Assembly (NCBI RefSeq): GCF_963921235.1
Contig: NC_086109.1
Location: forward strand, 14,634,001-14,698,000
Origin: Mobula hypostoma
Taxonomy: Eukaryota
Reading direction: 5' to 3'
Length of the DNA stretch: 64,000 bases
Part shown: one piece after another, positions 38,121-50,296 of the stretch
Numbering within the stretch: position 1 is the first letter of the stretch
Layout of the letters: the number at the start of each line of letters is the position of its first letter
The notes under the pieces: generated by a model
The model's input: only the letters and a program-made list of their open reading frames with translations
The model's database searches: none
Told to the model about the DNA's origin: nothing
Made by a program: the position numbers and the translations under genes

Positions 38121-39031
38121 ATGAATCTGATTATATTCTTGGATACTTGTAGGAGTCCCAGCTATGGTGTACAGTTCTGTGGTGCGACAGAAGCTGCTAA
38201 CACAGCCAAAAACCTTCAAGCCAGTAATTCGCTGGTACCAAGCATTACTGTACTGACATTTGGATAGCATGTATCTTTCGTCAACTCCTGTGAGGCCGTT
38301 AAGAAATAGAATAGACATTTAAGAAAAATAATTGGAGCTGATGAATGGTCTTGGCCTGAAAAGTCAATTGTTTATTCCTCTCTATAAATGCTGCCTGATC
38401 TACCGAGTTGCTCAAGCATTTTGTGTGCGTTCGTTGTTACAGCTGTAACCAACAACTCTTCCTCAGACTGCTTTTGACCAAAAGATCGGCAAATTTGCAA
38501 AATATACATCTGAAGTCTAGATTCTTTATAACAACAATAATGGACCAAATTCTTCCCCAAACCCCCTTTGTGAACAAGGCTTTTTAAGATTTCTTCAATG
38601 AATATTTGAAAGCTAAACTCAAAACATAAGGCCTCTCTTTCAGCTTGTGCATTCTCGGGCTGGAGAAGGGATTCTAGCCATGGGGATTAACGATAGGCTT
38701 GCCAAAGGTAGATGTAAATAATTCAAAAAAAAGACACAGCAAGCTTGTCAACATTAAAAAAAGACAAAAGTTATATATAGTTTTAAAAAGAATGCAGCAC
38801 TTTTTTCAGAACATACAGCAAACCTATCCGAATTAATGAATTACGTGGAAACGCTACTACAGATCTAATTTTTCCTACCAATCCACAGTTTGTTTCATTT
38901 CTAGTTTGAACCTGAAGAAATTTGCATTTTTATACGACTCTGGACACGTATGGGGTCACCCCTTTGGCACGCCGCATCCATGCCAGCCAAGCTGCCCATC
39001 TGAATCACATTTGGCCCATATCCTTCTAAAC

Positions 39032-39112
39032 CAGGGGCTCCCAACCTAGAGTCTATGGACCCATCGATAAATGGTAGGGGTCCATGGCATAAAAGTAAGT
39101 TGAGAACGCCTG
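39032..39112. mobile_element. 81-bp hAT/Charlie-type MITE
   Basis: CAGGGGCTCCCAAC...GTTGAGAACGCCTG ends; perfect 8-bp TSD TTCTAAAC (39024-39031, 39113-39120). Confidence 0.85.
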
Positions 39113-39222
39113 TTCTAAACCATTTCTATGATGCCTCTGTCCATTATTGCAATGCTACAAGTAATTTTACCCTCACCTCATTATATTCAGACTTTCAAAA
39201 TGTACGTAATGGCTTTTATCAG

Positions 39223-40121
39223 TGTGACGAAAGTACACATAGATTAAGACGTTAACTGTCCTGTGCTGGCACCAGTGGGATCAGCAGTTGGTCTGCCACC
39301 TGTCTTCAGGAGAAAGAGAGATAAGGAAAACAATGGAGCAGCATTTGGAGATGTTAATGAAGGGACGGGAGAGTTTAACGGAAGGAGAGCTGTCAAGATC
39401 GGCTCCCCCTTTGAACCCTGAACTGTTTGAAGTGATGGACAGGTGATACCCCAGCAGGGGGATAAAAAGGGACAGGTTCGCTGAGGCAACACACACGACA
39501 CCACGAGGTAACGAGACCCTGGAAGCGGTGCGCCTCCCACAAGTCGGTGGGAGTTTTGGAGGGCTGGTCGCGGGACCAAGCCATTGACACACAGGGTGGA
39601 AAGGTACGAACGGCGGGAACCTGGTGTGTGTCCGCCCTTGCCTGGGTGCCAGGTTCACCGCAGAGAAACGATCGTATCTGGAAACAGAGGGGTCACGGTC
39701 GGTGACCTCAGAAGACATCACAAAGGGCTCGCCCGAAAGCTGACAGCGAAGAATATCGAAGGTCTGTGTGGAAGCCGTTTGAATATTCATTCGCTTTTGC
39801 TCTCTCTCTCCTTCTCCCCCACTGTCCATCGCCACGGCAGTGATTACTGTGAACTGAACTGAACTCAGTTGAACTGAACTTTGCGTCACTTTGAAACTGG
39901 TCATTTACCCCTAGACGACGATAGAGCTTGATTGATCCTGTTATCCTAATTCTGTGTACATGTGTGCTTATCATTGCTGAACTGTTGCATTTATTATCCT
40001 TTTGATTAGAGTACTGTGTTGCTTGTTTCTTTAATAAAACTCTCTTAGGTCCAGTAATCCAGACTCTAACTGAGTGATCCATTTCTGCTGGTTTGGCAAC
40101 CCAGTTACGGGGTATGTAACA
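39223..40121 (+). mobile_element. Solo LTR (899 bp), related to 28868-29710
   Basis: TGTGAC...GTAACA termini, TSD TCAG/CCAG; shares gatggacaggtgataccccagcagggggataaaaag and the 3' ccatttctgctggtttggcaacccagttacgggg. Confidence 0.88.
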
Positions 40122-40347
40122 CCAGCAATAATGGCTTTTATTCACATTAAAGTAAAAAATACGTTTCCCGTGAGTTAGTTCCCCTAGTTTCTTATTTTCC
40201 ATATTTGTTACGACATAGAAACAAGTTTTCTTTGGCTCACTGAGTTTAGATTGGGTCACAGGACAATCCCATTCCCATTAAATTTCCATGTAGCCTAAAC
40301 TCCCCACATTCCCATCAATTCCTTCTCACACAGTAAAGGCAATTTCA

Positions 40348-40710
40348 TTTGTTTGTTCGCTTTGTGCCATGCTGTATGACATGGGCATTCTCAGTCCTTG
40401 ATCCATGACCATGAATGTTTTCAGCAAATTTTTCTACAGGAGTGTTTTGCTATTGCCTTCTTCTGGGCAGTGTCTTTACAAAACTGGTGACCCTAGCCAT
40501 TATCAATACTCTTCAGATGTTGTCTGCCTGGTGATGGTGGTCGCTTAACCAGGACTTGTGATAGACACTGGCTGCTCATAAGACCACCCACCACCTGCTC
40601 CCGTGGCTTCATGTGACCCTGATCGGGAGCTAGGTAGGTGCTACATCTTGCCAAAGGGGCATCTGCAAGCTAGCGAAGGGAAGGAGCACCTTACACCTTC
40701 ACTGGTAGAG
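40348..40710 (-). mobile_element. Short RTE-derived element, second copy
   Basis: Reverse-complement match to 24388-24738. Confidence 0.6.
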
Positions 40711-40819
40711 ACCCCACCCCATCCTGTAGTGGCCAATTACCCCACCAACCCACGTGTCTTTGGCATGTGGGAAGAAACACGCAGGGAAAAGCAACCTGGC
40801 CATGGCCTTGTCTGTGACA

Positions 40820-41046
40820 GTCCACCCTCCCAGCTTCCTTCTCACCTGGCCTCACCTATTGCCTGCCAGCTTATACTCCTTCTTTGTCCCTCTCCCCCCA
40901 CCCCCCAAACTCCACCTGCTTCTTATTCTGGCTTCTGCCTCCTTTCATACCAGAGCTGAAGAAGGATCGCAGCCTGAAACATCGACTGTTTATTCCCCTC
41001 TATCGATGCTGCCTGGCCTGTTGAGTTCCTCCAGCATTTTGTGTGC
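40820..41046 (+). mobile_element. PLE 3' repeat with hammerhead core
   Basis: Pyrimidine-rich tract, then ctgaaga-aggatcgcagcct-gaaac-atcgactg. Confidence 0.7.
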
Positions 41047-42330
41047 AGTGTCACTAATGGCGTCTTTATTAATGTCTTGTTTTGCACAATCTTTATTTCC
41101 CTCTTTACAATGTTGTAGAATTTTTGTATAACTTATGTTCTATGTGTTATCTGAATTTTGATGCCTGTGATGCTTTTTTCATTGTATCCGTATATTATTT
41201 TACTCAGTGATACAGTGCGCAGTGGACTCCTCTGGCCCTTCGAAACGCACTGCCCAGCAACTCCACCAGCCTAATTAACACAAACCTAATCACAGGACAA
41301 CTTACAATGACCAATTAACCTACCCGATATACCATTGGACTGTGGGAGGAAGCCAGAGCATCCAGAGAAAACAGGATGAACGTACAGAGTCTCTGTACAG
41401 AACGGCGACGGACTGAGTTCTGAATTCTGTACTCCGGAATGCCCCAAGCTGTAATAGTGTTGCGCTAACCACTACACTACCTGTGCACCCAACTTCTAAC
41501 TTCGAGGTACTTGTGCACAAGACGATAGATTTGCCTTGACTGGAAGTCGGTATTGAACTTGTGCCACAGAGGCTGTGAGGCACCAGCGCTACTCACTGCA
41601 CCTGTGCTATTGTTGCTTGCATTTGCAAGATGATATAGAAACCTTAAACAAAGAATTTACGAAAAGTCATGAGGGGCATGGACAAAGTGGATGGCTGTTA
41701 TCTTTTTCCCATGGTGGGAGAGACTAAAACCAGAAGGCATAGGTTTAATGTTAGAGGGGAAGGATATCTCGGCTCAGAAGGATAATGTTTATTTCTCTCC
41801 ATAAATGCTCTGTGACCTGCCGAGTTCCTCTAGTATTTTGTGTGTGTGTGTTATTCTGGATTTCCAGCATCTGCAGAATCTCTTGTGTTTGTGACAGATA
41901 TAAAGAGGACCCTTGGGGCAGGTTTTTCACAGAGAGGCTGGTGCACACAGGGAACAAGCTGCCAGACAATGTGGAAGAAATGGATACAACTACAGCATTT
42001 AAGAGACATTTGGACATGTTCAGAATCAGAATCAGGTTTTTTACCACTGACCTATGTAGTGAAATTTGCTGTTATGCGGCAACAGTATGCGAGACATAAA
42101 AATCCATACAAGGCACAAAATAAATAAATACACAAAATCTTAATAATGAGGTCGTGTCCATGGACCATTCAAAAAATCTGATAGCAGAGGAGAAGAAGCT
42201 GTTCTTGAAATGTTGAGTGTGGGTCTTCAGGTTCCTGTACCTCCTCTCCGATGGTAGTAACTTGTCCCGAATCGTGAGGGTCCTTGATGACGGATCACAC
42301 CTTCGAGAGGCATCACCTCTTTAAAATGTC

Positions 42331-42450
42331 CTCAGTAGTGGGGAGGGCTGTGCTCATGAGGGAGCTGGTCCTCAGTCATGGGGAGGGCTGTGCTCATGAG
42401 GGAGCTGGTTCTCAGTAGTGGGGAGGGCTGTGCTCATGAGGGAACTGGTT
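42331..42450. repeat. 3 x 40-bp tandem repeat inside a Babar-like remnant
   Basis: ctcagtagtggggagggctgtgctcatgagggagctggt(c/t) at 42331, 42371 and 42411. Confidence 0.9.
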
Positions 42451-43619
42451 GAGTTTGCAGCACTCTGCAGCCTTTTGGATAGGTGAAGTATACAAGGAGT
42501 CAGGCCCAATGCAGGCAAATAGGGCTAGCTCAGGAATACACCTGGGCTGGCATGCACAGGTTGGGTGAAGGGCCTGATTCCACACAGTATAAACCTCCCC
42601 AAGACTCTCAAAGCTCCCGTCCAAATTCCTTGGGACTAGGAATTTTTTGAATGACTGATATACTTTATTCAGATTGTGGATGCCAATCTTTGTCAATATC
42701 TAACAAGTACTTTGTGTGACTGAATAACTTAGATACCGAACCTACTATCTAGCACAAAGCCTTCAGCTGAATTTTCTTTCTGGACCTTTCAAAGCCTCAC
42801 AATACTGGTCTGCTGGAGCCTGGCTCCCTTCAGAAAGAAACAGACTGCCAAGCCAGCAAGAAATGATCACACAGCGTGTTATCTTTTTAAAAACCATGGA
42901 GCCTTCACAAAGCAACCATGCTTTAATAACCACAGAAGATGACAGACGGCTTATCTGGAGGTCATCAGCGGGGTGCATTTCATCTGGAGCTATTAAGCCA
43001 AATGGCAGGAGGTTCGTAACAGCCAGTACCCATTATATTGCAGTCCAAAACGCCCTTGCATCGAAGGACAGCTTCCAGGGAGCTCATGCTCTGCACATAC
43101 ACTCATCTCCAACTATTGTCTGGGAGAAAGATCGCCCAGTATAATGGCAATGTTTCAGCTTAGGGACTCGTAATCACAGCAATGGGCCCTGATACATACT
43201 GTTAGAACATAGAACAGTACAGCACATTACAGACCCTTCAGCCCACAACGCTGAGCCAACTTAAGATCAATCTAACCCTTCCCACCCCCATAGCCTCCAT
43301 TTTTCTATCATCCATGTGCCTATCTAAGAGTTTCTTAAATATCCCTAATGATCTGCCTCGATCACCACCCCTGGCAGTGCGTACCATGCACCTACCACTC
43401 CCTGGGTACAAAACCTACCTCTGACATTCCCCTGATATCCTCTGAGATTCCAATCAATTTAAAACTAAGCCCCCAAACTATTGAAGACACCCCCTCCCAC
43501 TCAGAGCATCTACTGTGCCTTTGCTACTCCCAGTGACACTTCCTACTGTTATCAACATGGAGGAGCACATGGGCGGGGGGGGTGGTGTGGGTGGCAATCA
43601 AGGGAGGTGTCCTTGCCAT

Positions 43620-44390
43620 GAGCAGAATTAGGCCATTTGGCCCATCCAGTCTGCTTCACCATTCAATCATGGCTAAATTCAGTTTCATTGATCATTCAGA
43701 TTTCTAAATGGACAATGAATCCATAAACACGACTTCATTATATTTTGTTATTTTCTGATCTTTGTGCACTACTTATTTAATTTGTGTGTGTGTATATATA
43801 TTATTGTAACTTATAACTTTCATTATGTATTTCAATGTACTGCTGCCGCAAAACAATATATATGTTAATGATATTAAATCTGATTCTGTTCCTGATTTAA
43901 TATCCCTCTCAATCGCATTCTCCTGCTTTCTCCCCTGTAACCTTTGGCGTCCTTACTAATCAAGAACCTATCAACCTGCGCTTTAAATATACCCAGTGAC
44001 TTAGTCTCCACAACCGTCTGTCGCAATGAAAACCGCAGACTCACCTCCCTCTGGCTAATGAAATCCCACCTCGAAAGGGATGTCCTTGAATTCTGGGGCT
44101 GAGCTCTCAGGTCCTAGACTGTCCCACTATATCCCCTCCACTTCCATTCTAGCTAGGCCTGTCAATATTTGCTAGGTTTCAATGAGATCCCCACTCATTC
44201 TTCTAAACTCCAGCAAGTTAAGACCCAGAGCCATCAAACTCTCCTCAAAAGTTAAACTTTTCATTCCCAAGATCATGCTAGTGAACCTCTTCTGAACCCT
44301 CTCCAATGCCAGCACATCCTTTCTTAAATAAGGGACCCAAATTGCTCACAATACTCCAAGTACAGTCTGGCCAATACCTTGTAAAGCCCT
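43620..44390 (-). mobile_element. CR1 3' region split by a Babar-like tail (~43680-43893)
   Basis: aatcatggct|...|gatttaatatccctctcaa junction; antisense ORF2 motifs. Confidence 0.75.
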
Positions 44391-45195
44391 CAGTTGCCTT
44401 TGTTTGGCTCAATACTATTGGCTCTGGTCAATGTTTGAATATTGCCGCGCTATATCCACCGACCTGTATGCTATGACTCAACCCCCTCTGGGTGGGGACA
44501 GGGCACACCCAGAGACTGTGAACAGTCTTTGAACAGTCGATTATGCTGAAGCAACGATGCTATGTATGAATTTGTTCCCTAGGTTAATACAATGTGGTCT
44601 ATCCAATCTAATCCTTCTCCGATTCAATATATGGGATAACCGAGTGACACAGTCAGCTATGTAGGAGTCAGCCACGGTGGGGGGTCTGGAATCGCATACG
44701 TCAGTACCTTGTGTAGCATTCAGAATGCACTGCCGGGACAGAGAATGCTGACAGTGAGTGGGGGCCATCACTGGCAGCACCTTCCCAATGTGTGGACAGA
44801 CCACCCAGATCCCGTGGTCTCTCTCCTCACTTCCTGCTGGATGCAATAGAAGTTGCTCTTCTTGTTTGCTTGCACAGTACACCCTAGTGGTTGCCTGCTC
44901 CATAGGCAATGGGAATTGGCTTACTCTTGTCACATGAACTGAAATATAGTTTGTACTGAGTGAATTTCCTCCGGGTGCTCCGGTTTCTTCCCACATTCCA
45001 AACACATACAGGTTGGGGTTGATAAGTTGTGGGAATGCTATGTTGGCGCTAGAACCATGATGACACTACGGGCTGCCCCCAGCACATCCTTGGGTGTGTT
45101 GGTTATTACCACAAACAACGCAATTCGTGGTATGTTTCAATGTACACGTGATAAATAAATCTGCATCTGAAATTAACGAATTTATATAAATTGAA

Positions 45196-45357
45196 GCAAC
45201 ACGCATCAAAGTTGCTGGTGAACACAGCAAGCCAGGCAGCATCTCTAGGAAGAGGTACAGTCGACGTTTCAGGCCGAGACCCTTCGTCAGGACTAACTGA
45301 AGGAAGAGTTAGTAAGAGATTTGAAAGTGGGAGGGGGAGGGGGGAGATCCAAAATGG
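45196..45357 (-). mobile_element. Young PLE 3' fragment
   Basis: Near-identical to 22097-22255. Confidence 0.85.
45259..45294 (-). ncRNA. Minimal type-I hammerhead ribozyme (best-preserved copy)
   Basis: AGUC-CUGACGA-AGGGUCUCGGCCU-GAAA-CGUC^GACU: perfect stem I, canonical GUC triplet, palindromic ACGU helix III. Confidence 0.78.
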
Positions 45358-46462
45358 GAGATCGTTTACATAAATTGAATGTGGCTAAAGATGAAACTAT
45401 TATTTTCTCAATCAATTTTGTAAACATATGTTAAATTATACAAACATATTTCTTCAGAGACAATTCAAATAAGTGGCAAAGGTCTTTCCATAGCTCAAGC
45501 TGTCAAAAGACTATCAAGGTGATTTCTAGGTCTACAAGGGAAAATTATCATAAAATGCTAAAAATAACTTGCTACTGTTAAGCTCGGGCAGCAGAATGGA
45601 GAGGGATGACACGATAGCATTGTGGTTAGCACAATCGCTTAACAATGGCAGTGATCACCAATCAGGGTTCGATTCCCACGCTTGTCTGTAAGGAATGTAC
45701 AAGTACATTCTCCCCATGACTGTGTGGGTTTCCTCAGGGTGCTCTGGTTTCCTCCCACATTCCAAGTACGTACAGGTTAGGGTTGCTGTTAGTAAGTTGT
45801 TGGTGCCGTGACCGCGGTGACACTAGTAGGCTGCCCCCAGCACAATCCTTGCTGATTGGATTGGACACAAACAAAGCATTTCACTGTACATGTGACAAAT
45901 CAAGTTGATCTTTAGCAACGATTCAGTTTGTGGTATGAATGCCAATCCAGAATTAGGAGCTGTTGCCTCTTCTCTGCGTAAGCCCACCGGACTTCATTTG
46001 ATTCCCTGGAGACTGAACCAGGGATTTCACAATTGTGTCTCTCTGCATTTCCAGCATCTGCAGAATCTCTTGAGTTCACAATAAGCACACCTATTCAGAC
46101 GTTCAGCTCAAGCTCAGCTTAACAAACAAGGTCTTTTGAGGCGCGCATGCCCATCATTAATCCTGCCCTAAATTTGATAGTTTGGTATAAGGTACCGACT
46201 TTCGACCAAGTAGATTACATGTTTAAGCCAAAGCAATTTTAATTAAAGTTGATCTGTGTTCTGATTAATTCTATATCTTATTTCTGTCTACGGTCACAAA
46301 GGTCAGGTTAGCTCTGTATTCATGCAAATAATGTACAGGTGACTAACCACACCTGTGACAAGCAAATAAGACTGACACGGATGAAGAGTTTCCCAATTGA
46401 CTCAATGCAGCGACTTCTGTGACGCTGAGCCATCTGGCCCAATATATCGAATTCCAATCTCC

Positions 46463-46810
46463 ATAAGACCGTAAGGCATAGGAGCAGAATTAGGCCAGTT
46501 GGCCCATCGAGTCTGCTCCACCATTCAATCATGGCTGATTTATTTTCCATTTCAAACCCTTTCTGCCTTCTCCCCATAACCCTTGCACCCTTACTAATCA
46601 AGAACCTTATCACCTTTTGCTTTAAATATACCCAATGACTTGGCCTCCACAGCCGTCTGTGGCAATGAATTCCACAGATTCGCTACCATAAGAAATTCCT
46701 CCTTCTGACTATTCTAAAGGGATGTCCCTCTATTCTGAGGCTGACTCCTCTATTATAGGAAAGACCGTCCTCATATCCACTCTGTCTAGACCTTTCAATA
46801 TTAGGTAGGT
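46463..46810 (-). mobile_element. CR1 3' region
   Basis: cataagaccgtaaggcataggagcagaattaggcc tail and adjacent ORF2 end. Confidence 0.8.
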
Positions 46811-47086
46811 AACAATATTCATACATCTAATGGAACATACATAAGTTAAAAGTGATTTAAAATGAAATTCTTAATACTTTCTTAAATCTCAGAACTCTGG
46901 GTCCCAAGCATCCAGTTCCTCATCTTCATCCTCTGGATCAGTGGCTCTCAACCTTTTTCTGCGCACGGCCCACTTGTAACTTTCATTTACCTCTGTGGCC
47001 CCCGTGCTCTATAGTCTCTGTTGGCTGCTGAAGTTTTCTTTTGGTCAACTGTACTAATTATTCTTATATACAGTCAATATTTATGT

Positions 47087-47482
47087 ACTTCCCTCAATCG
47101 CAGGACTCTGCAGAGAGTGGTGTGGACAGACCAGCACATCTGTAGACGTGAACTTCCCACTATTCAGGATGCTTACAAAGACAAATGTGTAAAAAGGGCT
47201 CGAAGGATCATTGGGGAACCTAGTTACCCCAACCACAAACTGTTCCAGCTTCTACCATCTGGGAAACGGTACCGCAGCATAAAAGCCAGGACCAACAGGC
47301 TCCAGGACAGCTTCTTCCACCAGGCCATCAGACTGATTAATGCATGCTGATACAATTGTATTTCTAATTCGACTGTCCGGTTGTACATAATATTTATTAT
47401 AAATTACTATAAATTGCACATTGCACATTTAGACGATTTTTACTCCTCATGTATATGAAGGATGTAAGAAATGTGGTCAATT
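47087..47482 (+). mobile_element. Young Rex1/Babar-like LINE 3' end
   Basis: LQRVV.T...IC..ELPTIQD.Y...C.KRA.RI...HKLFQLLPSGKRYRSIKARTNRLQDSFFHQAIRLIN. Confidence 0.85.
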
Positions 47483-47527
47483 TAATAGGCTTTAACAGAT
47501 TATCGGTATTATAATATGTTAAATATA

Positions 47528-47960
47528 ATGGTCCTTGAAGAGTTCCACAACCTTGTCATGGTTTGGAGGCTTGCATGCCTCAGCGAATGGAGAGTTATTT
47601 TGGCTGAAGTCAGGGCTTAGGGCTTTGTGCTTTGGCTCTTGGTAGGGTCACCCCTGCCAAACAGGGTCAAAGGGTAGTGGACAAACAGAGAGTGGTCCAC
47701 TGGTCCTCCAGGTTCAAGGGTTGAGCTCAGGGATAACAACCCTGACTGGTCAAACAAAAGTGTTATAGAAACAGCAATGAACAATATTTCTACACCTGAT
47801 TGTGACGGTATTCCTGAGTCTCCACCCAGGACTTGCATGACTGACAGTAGTGAAAACTGAGAGGAAGCTACTGGCACAAAGAAGGAAGTCCTGAGCACTG
47901 CCAGAGGTGGAGGACTTTCACTGCCGCCCTAACTGCCAACGCAAAACAGGCAGTAAGTAA
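47528..47960 (+). mobile_element. RTE-derived bipartite non-autonomous element
   Basis: RTE/Rex3-like 5'UTR (accttgtcatgg...ggtagggtcaccc.tgccaaacagg) joined to a short 3' end with a taagtaa tail. Confidence 0.55.
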
Positions 47961-48081
47961 AATATGTTACAGATGTGTATGAAAAATAAAATGACTTCTA
48001 AGCTCTGAATAGGATACTTTATTTGTAATATATATAATATTCTTCCAATGAAAAAGTGCTTAATATTGGTCCTTAGGATAT

Positions 48082-48620
48082 TTAGTGAGATCCTTGCAAC
48101 CGATGCAAACTAGCGAGTTTTTGAATATCTGGTTGCAACTTGGTTAAAGATGATCAAAGATCACTACTCTTCATATCAAGATGGTTACAAGCTTTTGATA
48201 GCAGGTAAAGAGCTTGACTAAAACCACATTCAACTAGACAAGAGGAGGGAAATGCAGTTATAATACTTTGCTTTCTCGTAGAGCTGTGGAAACATATTTT
48301 GAATATCACAGGTTATCCAGAAATCTTGCTTGCAGCGTTTGAATTTTGCTTCAGCAGTTATATTACTCTGCAGCTCACCCAGATGTTCCTGCAATGTGGT
48401 GCCAACTTCATTCAGGTTCACTCCAAATGAATCCACCACCCAATCTAGAAAATGCATCTTCAGCAGGTCTCTGAACCGAAATTCCATATCAGTGTGCAGT
48501 TGTTTCAAATGATTAAGATCCACAATCAGATCATCATCTTGCATTTCCGTTTTAAGGGTGGCCCAGAGAAAGAAACTGTATTAACTCGTGACGTCCAATA
48601 TTGTTAGCGTAACTGCAGCC
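48082..48620 (-). pseudogene. hAT transposase C-terminal (hATC dimerisation) remnant
   Basis: HLKQLH.DME.RF.DLL...WVVDSF...LQE.L.ELQS...FW....FPQL / AFPSSCLVECGFS...LTKLQPDIQKL....QGSH*; contains a frameshift and a stop. Confidence 0.85.
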
Positions 48621-50296
48621 TTCGTGTCACGCTTTGTAAGTATTATAACTCGCACGGGTCAGTGGATAGCAAACAGAATGAACCTCCTGCTGCATACTTG
48701 CTGATTGGCCTTGCTGCGGGCAGCCCCGGCCCAGTCTGCAGTTTGTGGATGTGGAGCGGGGCTCAATGTTTGTTCTGCACCGTGATTTGGGCATGATCAA
48801 GCAGGAGCAGAGGTAACGATTGATGTGCCACCCACCTCAGTCTCTCACACACACACACGCACACAAAGCTGATTTGCTGTCTCATCTGGCATGCTTCCCC
48901 ATTCATTTCATTCAGAGTTCCAACTAAATTACATATATTCAATTTTCCAATTTATATATTTTAGTATATTTCATTAAAACAGTAAACTTATCATGGCCTA
49001 TTCAGAAACTCGTGTGGCCCCCCGTTTCTTGTTTTTTACTTGTGTCCCTACAATATCTGGCTTGGTCCCCCTGGGGGTCATATGGACCACGTTAAGAACC
49101 ATTGTTCTGGAAAATGCAGGCCTGTCTAGTGTACTAGAACATAAATGTCCAAATAAGTCATGTTTATGCAAATAACATGATACTATCACATATGTGATAT
49201 AAGAACAGGTCATTATAGAGGTTAGTCTGCAATAAAAGGAGTTGGCACAAGTTCTGAAGTCTGCGTCCTCGAGTTGGTGAATTATAATATTCACCAATCT
49301 AAGGATTAGCTTTATTTGTCACACGTACATCAAAACCTACAGTGAAATGCATTGTTTTGCATCCAAGGATTGTCCTGGGGCATCTCGCAAGTTTTGCCAC
49401 ACTTTCAACACAAATATAGCATGCCCACTCACCCTAACCCTAACTGTACGTCTTCAGAATGTGGGAGGAAATCGGAGCATCTGGGGAAAACCCATGGGGT
49501 CATGGGGAGAACATACAAACTTCTTACAGATAGCGGTGGGAGTTGAACCCCGATTGACAATTACTGGCGCCGTAAAGTGATTACGCTAACTGCTACACCC
49601 TTTAAAGTACTGATCAGTTCACCTGAACTGGACAGGAGAGTGGATCGGAGTTAAAATAAACACACAACCTGGAGACGTAATCAGATCTCGACGCAGAAAA
49701 GTCACAGAAGGGATGACATTTGTGACACTAAACTCAGTGGGATCGAGAGTTGAGTGAAAGAAGCAACAAGATTTCAAATTTACTGAATCTTGGTGTGAAC
49801 ACATTTGAAGTGTCATGTACAATTTTGGTCTCATCCCCTAAGGAAGAGCACACAGGCGACCCTCATATTATGGGGGCAGTGTTCCAAGAAAATGGTCCAT
49901 ATCCTGATTTTCTGTGATGCAAAGACACATCATTTGCACATCCATCAAGAAATAGGAGTTGGGAAAAATTATGTGGATTTACTTATTTTTTCTCCCCCAC
50001 CGCACTAATTCCATAAGAGCGAAGTTTATTCCAAATCTCATATTTTTGATTAGTGATTTGTGAAAAGGTGACTTTCCCTGACCCGAGCAACAATAATGCA
50101 GTGTTTGCCTAAAGTTCAAAGCAAATGTTATTATCAAAGTACATCTATGTCACCACATCCTACCCCGAGATTCATTTTCGTGCAGGCATACTCAGCAAAT
50201 CTGTAGAGCAGTAAGTATAACAGGATCAGTGAAAGATCAATCAGAGAGCAGAAAACAACAAACTGTTCAATTGCAAATATAAATAAATAGCAATAA

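Larger units (their letters stand above)
46939..49104 (-). mobile_element. hAT (Charlie/Buster-type) transposon, internally deleted, with nested insertions
   Basis: CAGTGGCTCTCAAC...GTTAAGAACCATTG ends; 8-bp TSD CTCTGGAT/TTCTGGAA; transposase remnant inside. Confidence 0.8.

Noticed and set aside
29711..39222. Internal region of a provirus between two LTRs
   Set aside because: Each LTR has its own TSD, they differ in the 5' part, and the interval is CR1/SINE/PLE debris
39281..40259. 207-aa and 183-aa minus-strand ORFs
   Set aside because: Antisense readings of a solo LTR; no gag/pol/env motifs
42331..42450. CRISPR-like array
   Set aside because: Head-to-tail repeats without unique spacers, eukaryotic context, no cas genes
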